A DNA stretch of 63,403 bases, counting the filler, from Octopus bimaculoides (lineage: Eukaryota): NCBI RefSeq assembly GCF_001194135.2. It is 4 parts of 4 records of this genome, joined end to end, with 100 filler letters (N's around TTAATTAATTAA, not from the genome) between each part and the next. Parts side by side here need not be neighbours in the genome. Positions count along the whole stretch, not along the records: positions 1 to 27,857 come from NC_068986.1; 3 more parts are not named here. One strand, written 5' to 3'. This document shows, one piece after another, positions 1 through 12,324 of the stretch. The notes below the pieces were generated by a model that was not told the origin of the DNA, made no database searches, and worked only from the letters and a program-made list of their open reading frames with translations. Position 1 is the stretch's first letter; every line of letters begins with the position of its first letter. The position numbers and the translations under genes were made by a program.

Positions 1-27
1 ACCACTAACAAAAACATCAGGTAAATC

Positions 28-369
28 ACTGTAACCACCACCACCACCACCACCACCACCACCGCCACGACCATCATTTCCAACCCCCACCCCCAACAAC
101 GCCTAGAAAAACTAAACAAAAACAACAATATACCTTAAAATATTAAGCGATGTCTATTATAGAGCATAATGATAATTATGACAGCGACGACGACGACGAC
201 GACGACAGTAACGGCGACGACGGGGACGACGATGATGACGATGAACATGAGGCTGATGATGACGACGACGACGACGATAATGTTGACGATGATAACGAAG
301 AAAATACCGCGTTCTTGATTTTATCCTTTATTTGTAATTATGATTGATGACGGTGATTCTAGTTGGTGT

Positions 370-461
<92 letters not shown>

Positions 462-480
462 NNNNNNNNNNAGTAGTAGT

Positions 481-515
<35 letters not shown>

Positions 516-750
516 TAGTAGTAGTAGCAGTAGTAGTAGTAGTAGTAGTAGTAGTAGCAGCAGCAGCGTGAATAGAATCAGTAAATTCCTAAACAAATGA
601 ATACATAACTTTGTACAAATTAAGGAATTCAATTTAAAAAAAAAAATTCTTGGTAACAGCACTCTCTCTATGTTAACATCCGTCATTATTTCCTTTCCAT
701 CGGCGAGGATGATGATGATAATGATGATGATGATGATGATGATAATAATA

Positions 751-781
<31 letters not shown>

Positions 782-787
782 TTATAA
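28..787. repeat. Compound trinucleotide microsatellites (ACC, GAC/GAT, AGC/AGT, GAT/AAT)
   Basis: Directly visible tandem triplets; they generate the poly-D/S/V ORFs in the track. Confidence 0.95.
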
Positions 788-789
788 TG

Positions 790-929
790 GTTGTGATGCG
801 TGTATCTGGTGTACCCTTATTGGACGGGTTGTCATGATGGGTATAATGGGCTTCGTATATTTTACCCCAGTGTCACTTTGATGGCATGCACTGCTCTCTC
901 ACTCAATACTACTACTAATAATAATAATC
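790..929 (+). mobile_element. 3' end of a non-coding (TAA)n-tailed interspersed repeat (family F)
   Basis: 803-855 aligns with 16525-16575 (ctggtg..cttat..gtcatgatg.gtata.tgg.cttc). It ends CTCTCACTCAATA followed by (TAC/TAA)n and lies inside an AAT run. Confidence 0.6.
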
Positions 930-1121
930 CTTTCTACTAAAGGCACAAGGCCAGAAATTTTTATAGGAGTGGTGGTGCGGATTAGTCAATTATACCGACC
1001 CCAGTGTTTCACTGGTACTTAATTTACCAACCCAGAAAGGATGAAAGGCAATGTAGACCTCGGCGGAATTTGAACTCAGAACATTTCGTCCAGCGTACTA
1101 ATGATTCTGCCTGCTTGCCGC
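918..1121 (-). mobile_element. tRNA-derived SINE, family A (internally deleted)
   Basis: On the minus strand: GAGTTCAAATTCCGCCGAGG B-box, the CCTTTCATCCTTTC..GATAAATTAAGTACCAG body and an ATT tail; shared with more than 10 other copies in the window. Confidence 0.85.
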
Positions 1122-1129
1122 GTTACAAC

Positions 1130-1870
1130 GACCGAACAACACGTTCAGGTTCCAGTCACGGGTTTTTCCAAAGAAGCCTATCTAGGCCGACCAAACAGAT
1201 CACAAATTTGTTGTCTATGTAGCCGAACACCTTGAATTAAGGACGACCAGCGCTAATCCTATCTACTACCTTACAGAATATCCTATCTCTTTGGATGACC
1301 CGATGCGGTGACATTGGCATATTTGGGAAATCCTGGTTGCCCGTTAGACAGATGGAAACGCCTAGGCTAGCTTGAGAGGCTTTGTTATCCCCCTCTCCTT
1401 TTATCTAATCTCACACAATTGACCCGTGCATCCGAGATGATGGTCCACTTACCTACTTGTACTCAAGTGGGACATTCCTTGGAAAATCTTAAGACGTGTG
1501 AAGAAATCTGGTCGCTCTGCCTCTGTTAGGACATAGACATCCACTATTCTAAAGCATTACATTCGCTTCAGATTACGTATAATACTACCAATTTACCTTC
1601 TGCGTCCATGAAGATGGTCCGTATCGTGAGGTCCAGCCCTTTCCGAAAGGACATAGCGATTCTGCCTCCCGATTTCAACCGACCTGTAGATGCGTACTCC
1701 ACATAACGCTGTGAGCCGAAGGCTCGTGGTTCGGAAATTTTGGTCCCGTTGATGGTCACCCTACCTATATTTAGTAACTTAAAGTAGCTGAGTTGGTTGT
1801 CCTGCATCCAAAGCGACCCCAGGCAACGTGCGTTCATATTGCCTATTCTGAGTATTCTAAGGCCATGTTA
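1130..1870 (-). mobile_element. L1/Tx1-like LINE ORF2 AP-endonuclease domain, degenerate
   Basis: Hand translation across frameshifts: LRIGNMNARCLGS, VTINGTKIS, GGRIAMSFRKGL, DAEGKLVVL, FRIVDVYV..ERPDFF, GYIDNKFV, WNLNVL. This is the APE motif order (N-x-RG, QET, VYAP, SDH, WKLN). Confidence 0.75.
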
Positions 1871-2318
1871 GTTAAAAGGGAAGAAAGTGAGAAAAAGCTC
1901 CTTACTTTATTCCTGTGGAAAGACAGGTTTCCCGTCCTTCCGGCTAAATGTGGATGTTTCCATGAGAAAATCTCTGCAGATTTTCTTAATATTCCCTTTG
2001 AAATCTCGGGATATTTGTGTTTTTATAAAGTGATATGCGTTTAGTGTTGTTTGATGACTTTTTATGTGCTGGTATGTAGTTTTTGGTGTGTAGTAGTCAT
2101 CGTGTCTAATGCTTGTATGTTGATGTTTTTTGGTGATTTATGTCTATGACCGTGAAGTTAATGATTTTTTTGTTCATGTTGCTGGAGCTATTTTGGCCGT
2201 TAGAGTGAGTGTGAACTGAGTTGAACTTGTATTTCTAGTGTTGGTGGAGTATGTAGTAGTGGTGGTGGTGGTGATAATGATGATAATGATGATGATGATG
2301 GTGATGGTGATGATGGTG

Positions 2319-2350
<32 letters not shown>

Positions 2351-3750
2351 GATGACGATAGTGTTGTAAGGATTGGTGTTGTTGATGGTGGTGGTGATGC
2401 ATCATTGTTTAAATGCATTTCTCCCGTTCTTCCTATTGTCGGTCGTCTTTGATCGCGATGCTTCTTCATTTTGTTGTATTTGCTGTCATTGTTGGTGCTG
2501 TTGCATTTGTTGTTGCAGGTGCTGTTTCCATTCTTGTTGCAGGTGCCACAGACACTGCTGCTGCAGCCACTGCTTGTGCAGTTACATTCTGTTGTTGATA
2601 GTTTTGTAACCGCTGTTGTTGTCAGCAGGGGAAGCATTCTTTCAGCAGTCTCTGTTCGTTGTTGTTGGAGGCAGAAGGGTTAGAGGTGATCGGTGCTGTC
2701 ACATTTGTGGCCTTCTACCTTACAGTGCTAGCTGACGATGCTGCTCTCCTGGTATTTCTATTAAGTCGTAGATCTGCTCTAGTGTCTCAAATTTCACGTG
2801 AATCAGAATTTTCAACTGTGTCCCAACCCAATTTTCTTTTCGGATTTTCTTTTATGTCTTGCATAGCGTTAGACTCTTCCAACACAATACATTTCAATAC
2901 CCACCAGAAGTTTAATTCTGGTGGTGTTTTCGAATATTTTATCCTGATCACTCCCCGTTCCAAATAAATAAATTAATAACAGTGTAAATTCCTCACTTCT
3001 ATGTATGACTATGGAGTGTTTCGCGGTCAGGATAGTCTAATGAATATTTACTTGTAAGTAACCATAAATTTTGGCATGAATGATAACGTCTATGGTTTTT
3101 AAGTATAATTCAGCTTATTCTGGAGATATTCGTTCCAGTGTATGCTTTTATAACGATTTACATCTGTATATCATTGTTCTTGTATCTATTTGCTCCAGGA
3201 ACTTCAGTGCTATCGTGAGTGTAACCTTTTTATCGTGTCTGTTGATTCTGTTAGCTGCTTCTTCCTAGAACTAACGTTGCTTGTCTAATGGGACCGAATT
3301 CAATGGTTTTGCAGCACCAGCAAATGGGTTACATTTTGCTATGCATTCATTGATGTTGCAGGTGGGGGGGGGGCGGCAATGGCTCCATTTCTCCTACTAC
3401 ACTTTGTTCCTTAAAACGGTGGCAGCAGTGGTTTTGATTTTCTTTCACTAGCTGGTAATTCTGTTGACTATGGAAACAGTTTTGCCATGGGGGTGGGATG
3501 GTCAAGCTTCTTTAGAATACTTTTATAGGGAATCTTTAAACCCACCGATGTCTTGAGGGGTATTATTATTTCAGAAGATTAATATGTGACTCAGTCTGTA
3601 CTAGCAATTCATCCGTGTCGGTAGTGGTAATAGCATGGTTGTAGCAGTAATTATTGGTGGGATAAGAGAATTTTGGCATTGATAGAGGCTGTAGTGGGGG
3701 CAGCGGCGAGGATGACATAGAAAATGAAACGAAAACTTGATGGGAAAAGA
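1871..3750 (-). mobile_element. Probable ORF1/5' region remnant of the same Tx1-like element, interrupted by a GGT/GAT microsatellite
   Basis: Lies directly upstream of the APE start on the same strand, with broken Ala/Thr-rich and RGVIRIKYSKTPPELNFWW segments. The family assignment is inference. Confidence 0.35.
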
Positions 3751-3784
3751 ACAAAAGAAATTGCTACATGGATCTTGAACAGTG

Positions 3785-5235
3785 AATAATGATAATGATG
3801 ATGCTAATGATGATAATGATGATGATGATAAAGATGATGATGATAAGGATAATCTTTATTAACAACTATAATAATATTAATAACCACGATAGCAACAACA
3901 ACAATAATAATAATAATAACACATTCGAAGCATTATAAACAAGTAATAAACTAACAGTACATTACCAATAAAATGAATAAATAAAATAAACAGTGCCAAG
4001 TAAACAATAGATAAACAACAAGACAAACAAAAACAATCAAGAAACAAATAAGTAAATGAAAAAAAACTAAGCAAACATACGAACAAACAATAGATAAACA
4101 ATAAGCAAACAATAAAATAGACAAAAAGCAAAGAAGAGATAAAAATAAAGGGAAATAAATAAATAAAAAAAACGGCAAAGATTAGATAAAAGAAAGCAAA
4201 AGAAGATGAGAAAGATCTAGAAAGAGTAAAGGAAGGATTTAAAGAAAAAAAATAAACAAGTAAATAAGAAAATAATAAACTATGGAGAAACAATAAAATT
4301 GCAATTCAATAATACAAGACTAACAACAACGACAGTACGACAACGGTATAATAGCAACAGCAATTGTAACAATAACAACAACAACTGTAACAAAATGAAA
4401 ACAGCAGCAACAGCAACAACAGCAACAACAACAACAAGGTGAAACAATAACAACAAATACAGCAACCTTAACAACAACAACAATAGCAGCAGCAGCAGCA
4501 GCAGCGGCAACAGGAAGCTGAAACAACAACAACGACAACAACAACAACAACAACAAGTGTAACAAGAACAACGAGAAGAACTGAAGTAGCATCAACAACA
4601 ACAATACTAACAATATCAGGAGAAACCACGATAACAGCAGCAGCAGTTGCGACAACAAGAACAACAACGAGAAGAACAGTAGGAACATCAAGAGCAACAA
4701 TGACAACGGAAGCAGCAGCAGCAGCAGCAACAACAACAACATTCAACAGCAACAACTGCAGCACTCACCACCACCACCACCACCACCACCACCACCACCN
4801 NNNNNNNNNNNNNNNNNNNNNNNNNNNNNNNNNNNNNNNNNNNNNNNNNNNNNNNNNNNNNNNNNNNNNNNNNNNNNNNNNNNNNNNNNNNNNNNNNNNN
4901 NNNNNNNNNNNNNNNNNNNNNNNNNNNNNNNNNNNNNNNNNNNNNNNNNNNNNNNNNNNNNNNNNNNNNNNNNNNNNNNNNNNNNNNNNNNNNNNNNNNN
5001 NNNNNNNNNNNNNNNNNNNNNNNNNNNNNNNNNNNNNNNNNNNNNNNNNNNNNNNNNNNNNNNNNNNNNNNNNNNNNNNNNNNNNNNNNNNNNNNNNNNN
5101 NNNNNNNNNNNNNNNNNNNNNNNNNNNNNNNNNNNNNNNNNNNNNNNNNNNNNNNGGCGGCGGTAATAGTATTGGTGTAAGTGTTGTTGATGAATAGTGA
5201 TGGTGGCGGTGGGGGAATGTATGCGTGGTGGGATA

Positions 5236-5271
<36 letters not shown>

Positions 5272-6870
5272 ATGAAGGTCAGGATTTCTGTTTATTGTTG
5301 GTGGAGGTGAAATTGGCAGACATTGTTTGGTGGTTTTGTGGTGTCGGTGGTGGTGTTGGTGGTGGTGGTGGCGGTGGTGGTTATAGTGTTATTCGAAGAG
5401 TTGGTAATAGTTGCTGTGCTGTTAACGTTGGTGGTTGTGGTGGTGATGCAGGAAGGTGTAGGGATGAAAATGGTGGTGATACTGGTAACGGTAGTGGTAG
5501 TAGTAATCAAAGTGTTGGTAGTATCAGCAATGTCGGTGTTAGTGGATATGGTAGTTGTGGTGGCGGTGGTGGTGGTAGTATGGTAGTTGTGGTAGTAGTG
5601 GTGGAGGTGGTAACCGTACTGGATTTTTGTTGTTGGTGGTAGTGATGGTGGTTGTTGGTGGTGGCTGTTAGTGGTGGTATTGGTTGTTGGTAGTGGGGNN
5701 NNNNNNNNNNNNNNNNNNNNNNNNNNNNNNNNNNNNNNNNNNNNNNNNNNNNNNNNNNNNNNNNNNNNNNNNNNNNNNNNNNNNNNNNNNNNNNNNNNNN
5801 NNNNNNNNNNNNNNNNNNNNNNNNNNNNNNNNNNNNNNNNNNNNNNNNNNNNNNNNNNNNNNNNNNNNNNNNNNNNNNNNNNNNNNNNNNNNNNNNNNNN
5901 NNNNNNNNNNNNNNNNNNNNNNNNNNNNNNNNNNNNNNNNNNNNNNNNNNNNNNNNNNNNNNNNNNNNNNNNNNNNNNNNNNNNNNNNNNNNNNNNNNNN
6001 NNNNNNNNNNNNNNNNNNNNNNNNNNNNNNNNNNNNNNNNNNNNNNNNNNNNNNNNNNNNNNNNNNNNNNNNNNNNNNNNNNNNNNNNNNNNNNNNNNNN
6101 NNNNNNNNNNNNNNNNNNNNNNNNNNNNNNNNNNNNNNNNNNNNNNNNNNNNNNNNNNNNNNNNNNNNNNNNNNNNNNNNNNNNNNNNNNNNNNNNNNNN
6201 NNNNNNNNNNNNNNNNNNNNNNNNNNNNNNNNNNNNNNNNNNNNNNNNNNNNNNNNNNNNNNNNNNNNNNNNNNNNNNNNNNNNNNNNNNNNNNNNNNNN
6301 NNNNNNNNNNNNNNNNNNNNNNNNNNNNNNNNNNNNNNNNNNNNNNNNNNNNNNNNNNNNNNNNNNNNNNNNNNNNNNNNNNNNNNNNNNNNNNNNNNNN
6401 NNNNNNNNNNNNNNNNNNNNNNNNNNNNNNNNNNNNNNNNNNNNNNNNNNNNNNNNNNNNNNNNNNNNNNNNNNNNNNNNNNNNNNNNNNNNNNNNNNNN
6501 NGGGACTGTTGGTGGTGGGGGCTGTTGGTGGTGGGGGCTATTGGTGGTGGCTGTTGGTGGTGGTAGTGGCTGTTAGTGGCGCTGGTGATTGTTGGTGGTT
6601 GTGGTGGCGGTGGCTGTTGGTAGTGGTGGTAGTGTTGATTGTAATAGTAGTCGTGGAGAAAATGGTAGCTGTGTCGATGTTGGTGGTAGTATTGATGCTG
6701 TTCATGGTGAATGTGTGGTGGTAATAGAGGGAAGGGTAGAGGAGGTAGTGGCTGTGTTTGTGTTTCAGTTGCTGTCAGTGGTGGTGGTGGAGGAGGTGGC
6801 CGTGGTAGTGGTCACAGTAGTTGTAGTAGTAGTAGAGGAGGTGGTAATTAGGATCATGTTGGTGATGGTA
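3785..6870. repeat. Large low-complexity block (GAT/AAT, A-rich, CAA/CAG/CAC, GGT) with two N gaps
   Basis: Directly visible degenerate triplet repeats. Confidence 0.9.
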
Positions 6871-6897
6871 GTGTTGATATTAGGGGAGATAATGTGT

Positions 6898-7075
6898 AAG
6901 GCACGTGGGTTAGCGGTTAGGGATAACGTCGTAACGTCGTTATCTCTAACGTAACGTCGTTATCTCTAACGTAACGTCGTGAGTTCAATTCCCGGCGGTG
7001 CTTTGTGTCCTTAAGTAAGACAATTTATTTCACATTTCTCCAGTTCATTCAACTGGCAAATTGAGTTGTAATTCG
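6898..7075 (+). mobile_element. tRNA-derived SINE with CORE-like segment; rearranged head
   Basis: A-box GGTTAGCGGTTAGG and B-box GAGTTCAATTCCC, then GTGTCCTTAAGTAAGACAATTTATTTCAC..CTCCAGTTCATTCAACTG, resembling the CORE domain. Confidence 0.75.
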
Positions 7076-7084
7076 AGAGTATCT

Positions 7085-7300
7085 TTAATTGTTTTAGTCT
7101 TTGGACTACGGCTATGCTGGGGTACCACCTTCATTTTTGTTTTAATCGAACAACTCAACTCCAGTACATACGATTTTTTCTTTTAAAGCTTTGGTACTTA
7201 TTCTATCAGTCCCTTTTGCTAAGTTACGGGGACGTAAACTGACCAACATCAGTTTTAAAGTGGTGTTGAGGGACAAACACACACACACACACACACACAT
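7085..7300 (-). mobile_element. SINE family B, 3' half
   Basis: Aligns with 11161-11390 (TACTTATTCTATC, GCTAAGTTACGGGGACGTAAAC, GGACAAACAC). Confidence 0.75.
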
Positions 7301-7439
7301 GTCATTTAATGTACACAATATAAAAACACGAACTACTAACAGTTTCTTGCTTGAAAACGCGGTTCCCTGTGAACATTAAGCAATATTTTTCTCTCACTGA
7401 ATGGAGTACATTTTTGATGATCTTACCTTAACGGAACAT

Positions 7440-7660
7440 ACATGTACATGCATACATGTACATACATACATGTACATACATACATGCACATACATACATG
7501 TACATGCATACATGTACATACATACATGTACACACATACATGTACATACATACATACATACAAACATACATACATACATATATACATACATACCTACATA
7601 CATAAATGCATACATACATACGTACATACATACATATGTACATACATACATACATGCATA
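7440..7660. repeat. (TACA)n-type microsatellite
   Basis: Directly visible. Confidence 0.95.
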
Positions 7661-7661
7661 T

Positions 7662-8480
7662 GATAGTAACATTGATCCTCAAAGCAGTCTATCATAGACC
7701 AATAGCCGGATTACTACCCCCCACTTTGAAGAGCATGCGTTTGCAATCCAGGAACAGGAAATATCATCCAAATACCTGATGCACAAAAGGGACAGAGATG
7801 CAGGAAAAGCAGTAAAATGTGACAACCGATACAAACTATGTGGAGTTAACACCGAAGGTATCACACACATCATAAGCAGTTGCCCGAAAATGTCATCATG
7901 GTATTATCCACCGATGAGACGTTATGTTGTAGCTAGGACATTGTATAACGAGAAGTTTATCATTTAAATATATATGAGCATGTCTAGATATGCAACTATA
8001 TGCATGAGAATACATACATAAAACAAAGCACAAATCTGTACACATACATACATACATACATACATACATACATACATACATACATGCATGCAAGCATACA
8101 TACATACATACATACATACATACATACATACTTGAAAGAGAACCTGGATAAACTGGGATTTTCAGAAAGAGAAAAGGATCGGCTAATTCGCACAATTGCA
8201 ATCTGTGAGTGGAACAGTAAAAATATGCAATACTTTTCTCAAGTTACAAATGGGAATTTGCCTGTGTTAACTACATTCCAAAGATGGAGCCTTGTATCTT
8301 TGTTGGAAACCGGCTCTCTCCTCAGTGGAAGATTTATTATAATTAAAAAAAAAGAAGAAACATACATAAATACAAAAATACCCTGTTGTGGATGTTGAAA
8401 TTCCAATGATAGACCCTTGGATCTAGGTGGGGAACTGGCTCTTTCTCTATTGGCAAGAAATCTTGAAATAAAACTGAATC
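7662..8480 (+). mobile_element. 5'-truncated R4-clade RLE retrotransposon (TACA-associated), RLE core deleted, carrying a nested relative
   Basis: Translates FAIQEQEISSKYLMHKR..KCDNRYKLC..THIISSCPKMSSWYYPPMRRYVVARTLYNE (decayed CCHC finger region), then the same 3'UTR as 38180-38407. Confidence 0.8.
8132..8368 (+). mobile_element. Nested 5'-truncated 3' end of a related R4 subfamily
   Basis: LKENLDKLGFSEREKDRLIR..QSVSGTVKICNTFLK parallels EKLGFSKPERRKLIQRLQIQSITGTVKICKLFQK at 38060-38190; it has its own 3'UTR and an ACATACATA tail. Confidence 0.7.
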
Positions 8481-9274
8481 ATACACACACGCACGCGCGC
8501 ACGCACACACACGCAGACACACGCACACGCACGCGCACACGCACACGCACACGCACGCGCNNNNNNNNNNNNNNNNNNNNNNNNNNNNNNNNNNNNNNNN
8601 NNNNNNNNNNNNNNNNNNNNNNNNNNNNNNNNNNNNNNNNNNNNNNNNNNNNNNNNNNNNNNNNNNNNNNNNNNNNNNNNNNNNNNNNNNNNNNNNNNNN
8701 NNNNNNNNNNNNNNNNNNNNNNNNNNNNNNNNNNNNNNNNNNNNNNNNNNNNNNNNNNNNNNNNNNNNNNNNNNNNNNNNNNNNNNNNNNNNNNNNNNNN
8801 NNNNNNNNNNNNNNNNNNNNNNNNNNNNNNNNNNNNNNNNNNNNNNNNNNNNNNNNNNNNNNNNNNNNNNNNNNNNNNNNNNNNNNNNNNNNNNNNNNNN
8901 NNNNNNNNNNNNNNNNNNNNNNNNNNNNNNNNNNNNNNNNNNNNNNNNNNNNNNNNNNNNNNNNNNNNNNNNNNNNNNNNNNNNNNNNNNNNNNNNNNNN
9001 NNNNNNNNNNNNNNNNNNNNNNNNNNNNNNNNNNNNNNNNNNNNNNNNNNNNNNNNNNNNNNNNNNNNNNNNNNNNNNNNNNNNNNNNNNNNNNNNNNNN
9101 NNNNNNNNNNNNNNNNNNNNNNNNNNNNNNNNNNNNNNNNNNNNNNNNNNNNNNNNNNNNNNNNNNNNNNNNNNNNNNNNNNNNNNNNNNNNNNNNNNNN
9201 NNNNNNNNNNNNNNNNNNNNNNNNNNNNNNNNNNNNNNNNNNNNNNNNNNNNNNNNNNNNNNNNNNNNNNNNNN

Positions 9275-9308
<34 letters not shown>

Positions 9309-9317
9309 GAAAAGATA

Positions 9318-9905
9318 AACATGCAAAATATGAGGTATCGTTTTAGAGCATGTAATTTATAATTCAAGCGTAATTTCAGGGTTGTTAGGGTAAATAAGGG
9401 ATCAGGAAGTTGTGCATAAATTTGTCATACATCTGTTTCTGGAAGAGCTGTGCATATAGTGCATATCTCATAGAGCAAATATTTCTATATAAAAGCCAAC
9501 TTTTCCGTCTCCAGAATGGAAGGATTAAGGAATAGCTTTTATAAAGGATATTAGTAGTTAATAGTTCCATCGTTGAAGAATTACGGAATATCTTTAGTAA
9601 AAAATATTCCTTAATTCTTCGGTGATGGAACCGGTAATTACTAATACACTCCATTAAGGTTATTTCTTAATCCTTCCTCTCTGAAGATGAAATAGTTGAC
9701 TTTTATATGGAAATCTTTTCTTAATGAAATATGCGCCATATGCGCCATATCCACCATATGCGCCATATCCACCATATGCACAGCTATTTTAGAAATAACT
9801 GTAGCGGATTTTATGCATAACTTTATAATCCCTTATTAACTCTAACAACTCTGCAATTATGTTTGAATTATAAATCATATGTTCTAAAGTCATATCACAT
9901 GTTTT
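9318..9905. mobile_element. Foldback/palindromic MITE-like element (about 250-bp arms, 12-nt loop)
   Basis: 9342-9591 aligns by hand to the reverse complement of 9604-9888 along almost its whole length. Confidence 0.85.
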
Positions 9906-10024
9906 GCTTGTTCATTCATTTTGGTTAATCTCTCTCTCTCTCTCTCTTTCTCTCTGTCTCTCTCCATCTACACACATATATATATGACTCTCTCAATATA
10001 CACATATACATGTACGTTATGTAT

Positions 10025-10068
<44 letters not shown>

Positions 10069-10293
10069 TTATATACGTGTCTATCTATCAGCCTTTATAC
10101 ATACATATATCTATAAATCATATNNNNNNNNNNNNNNNNNNNNNNNNNNNNNNNNNNNNNNNNNNNNNNNNNNNNNNNNNNNNNNNNNNNNNNNNNNNNN
10201 NNNNNNNNNNNNNNNNNNNNNNNNNNNNNNNNNNNNNNNNNNNNNNNNNNNNNNNNNNNNNNNNNNNNNNNNNNNNNNNNNNNNNNNNNNNNN

Positions 10294-10345
<52 letters not shown>

Positions 10346-10528
10346 TGTGTATGTGTGTGTGTATGTGTGTGTGTGTGTGTATGTATATACATCTTTATGT
10401 ACATACATATAAATACACACGCGCGCATACACGCATACACACACATATATGTATACATGTATTATACTGTACGCTGTACAAACACATAGGAACATATAAT
10501 TAGTGTTTGTGTGCGTTTGTGTATGTGT

Positions 10529-10564
<36 letters not shown>

Positions 10565-11038
10565 TTGTGTTGGCAAATGTAAGAATATCTGTATGCACGC
10601 AAACAGGAAAAGATACAGACGTACGTATAAACATACCCCTAAGGCTAAACACATAAAGATGGAAAGAGGAAGAAAATTAAAACAACAAAGAAAAACAGAA
10701 ACAAAACATACCTCTTTTCCTTCTTCGACGTCTTTGTTTGGTTTACCAGCAACCATAAAAGTTCAAGGAATAACATTTGGAAAGTATCTATTGTCTTTGA
10801 GTTAAAAGACTAGATGAATCAGCTGGTTTTGACTGTATGGAGTTCAAAGTTGGTAGAAATATCTAGATCAATTGAATTTAAAACAATAATATTCAGAAGG
10901 TTCATAGTGTCTCTGATGCCTGCCTCCATCGGGTAAAGTGATCTGTTCATTTCGTAAGGCAAATAGACCGGTTATGGTAAAACGCCAGGAAAATATACGA
11001 ACAGCTATAAGTTTGCTCTTTGTTATACTGTGTAAAGT

Positions 11039-11124
11039 GGAGGTGCAATGGCCCAGTGGTTAGGGCAGCGGACCGTTAATCGGATCAACTGGAACCCTCG
11101 TCGTCGTAACCGACGGAGTGCCAC
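11039..11124 (+). mobile_element. SINE family C, head fused directly to tail
   Basis: The first 35 nt match the head at 27556; the rest (GATCAACTGGAACCCTCGTCGTCGTAACCGACGGAGTGCCAC) is the family tail as I recall it. Confidence 0.65.
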
Positions 11125-11160
11125 GTTAACTGTGTAAAATAATGCAATGGTAGGTGTACT

Positions 11161-11567
11161 CTTTTACTTGTTTCAGTCATTTGATTGTGGCCATGCTGTA
11201 GCACTGCCTTTAGTCGAGCAAATAGACCCCAGGACTTATTCTCTGCAAGCCTAGTACTTATTCTATCGGTCTCTGTTTTTGCTGAACCGCTAAGTTACGG
11301 GGACGTAAACACACTACCATTGATTGTCAAGCGATGTTCGGGGGACAAACACAGACACACAAACATACACACACACACACACACACATATATAAACATAC
11401 ATACGACGGGCTTCTTTCAGTTTCCGTCTACCAAATCCACTCACAAGGCTTTGGTCGGCCCGGGACTATAGTAGAAGAGACTTGCCCAAGATGCCACGCA
11501 GTGGTATTGAACTCGAAACCATGTGGCTGGTAAGCAAGCTACTTACCACACAACCACTCCTGCGCCT
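11161..11567 (-). mobile_element. Full-length tRNA-derived SINE, family B
   Basis: Head GGCGCAGGAGTGGTTGTGTGGTAAG with B-box GGTTTCGAGTTCAATACC, CORE-like TTGGGCAAGT, an internal CA/TA microsatellite and a short purine-rich tail. Confidence 0.9.
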
Positions 11568-12234
11568 ATGAAATAATTTTAAAATTTAAACTTAGGCCTC
11601 GGAAACATCCTTCTGTGGTGGTGGTGGGGTGGTGNNNNNNNNNNNNNNNNNNNNNNNNNNNNNNNNNNNNNNNNNNNNNNNNNNNNNNNNNNNNNNNNNN
11701 NNNNNNNNNNNNNNNNNNNNNNNNNNNNNNNNNNNNNNNNNNNNNNNNNNNNNNNNNNNNNNNNNNNNNNNNNNNNNNNNNNNNNNNNNNNNNNNNNNNN
11801 NNNNNNNNNNNNNNNNNNNNNNNNNNNNNNNNNNNNNNNNNNNNNNNNNNNNNNNNNNNNNNNNNNNNNNNNNNNNNNNNNNNNNNNNNNNNNNNNNNNN
11901 NNNNNNNNNNNNNNNNNNNNNNNNNNNNNNNNNNNNNNNNNNNNNNNNNNNNNNNNNNNNNNNNNNNNNNNNNNNNNNNNNNNNNNNNNNNNNNNNNNNN
12001 NNNNNNNNNNNNNNNNNNNNNNNNNNNNNNNNNNNNNNNNNNNNNNNNNNNNNNNNNNNNNNNNNNNNNNNNNNNNNNNNNNNNNNNNNNNNNNNNNNNN
12101 NNNNNNNNNNNNNNNNNNNNNNNNNNNNNNNNNNNNNNNNNNNNNNNNNNNNNNNNNNNNNNNNNNNNNNNNNNNNNNNNNNNNNNNNNATCCTATTCCA
12201 CAGATTTTTTTCTAAATTCCTACAGATTGATTAC

Positions 12235-12257
12235 CATTATCATCATTATTATTATTA

Positions 12258-12324
<67 letters not shown>

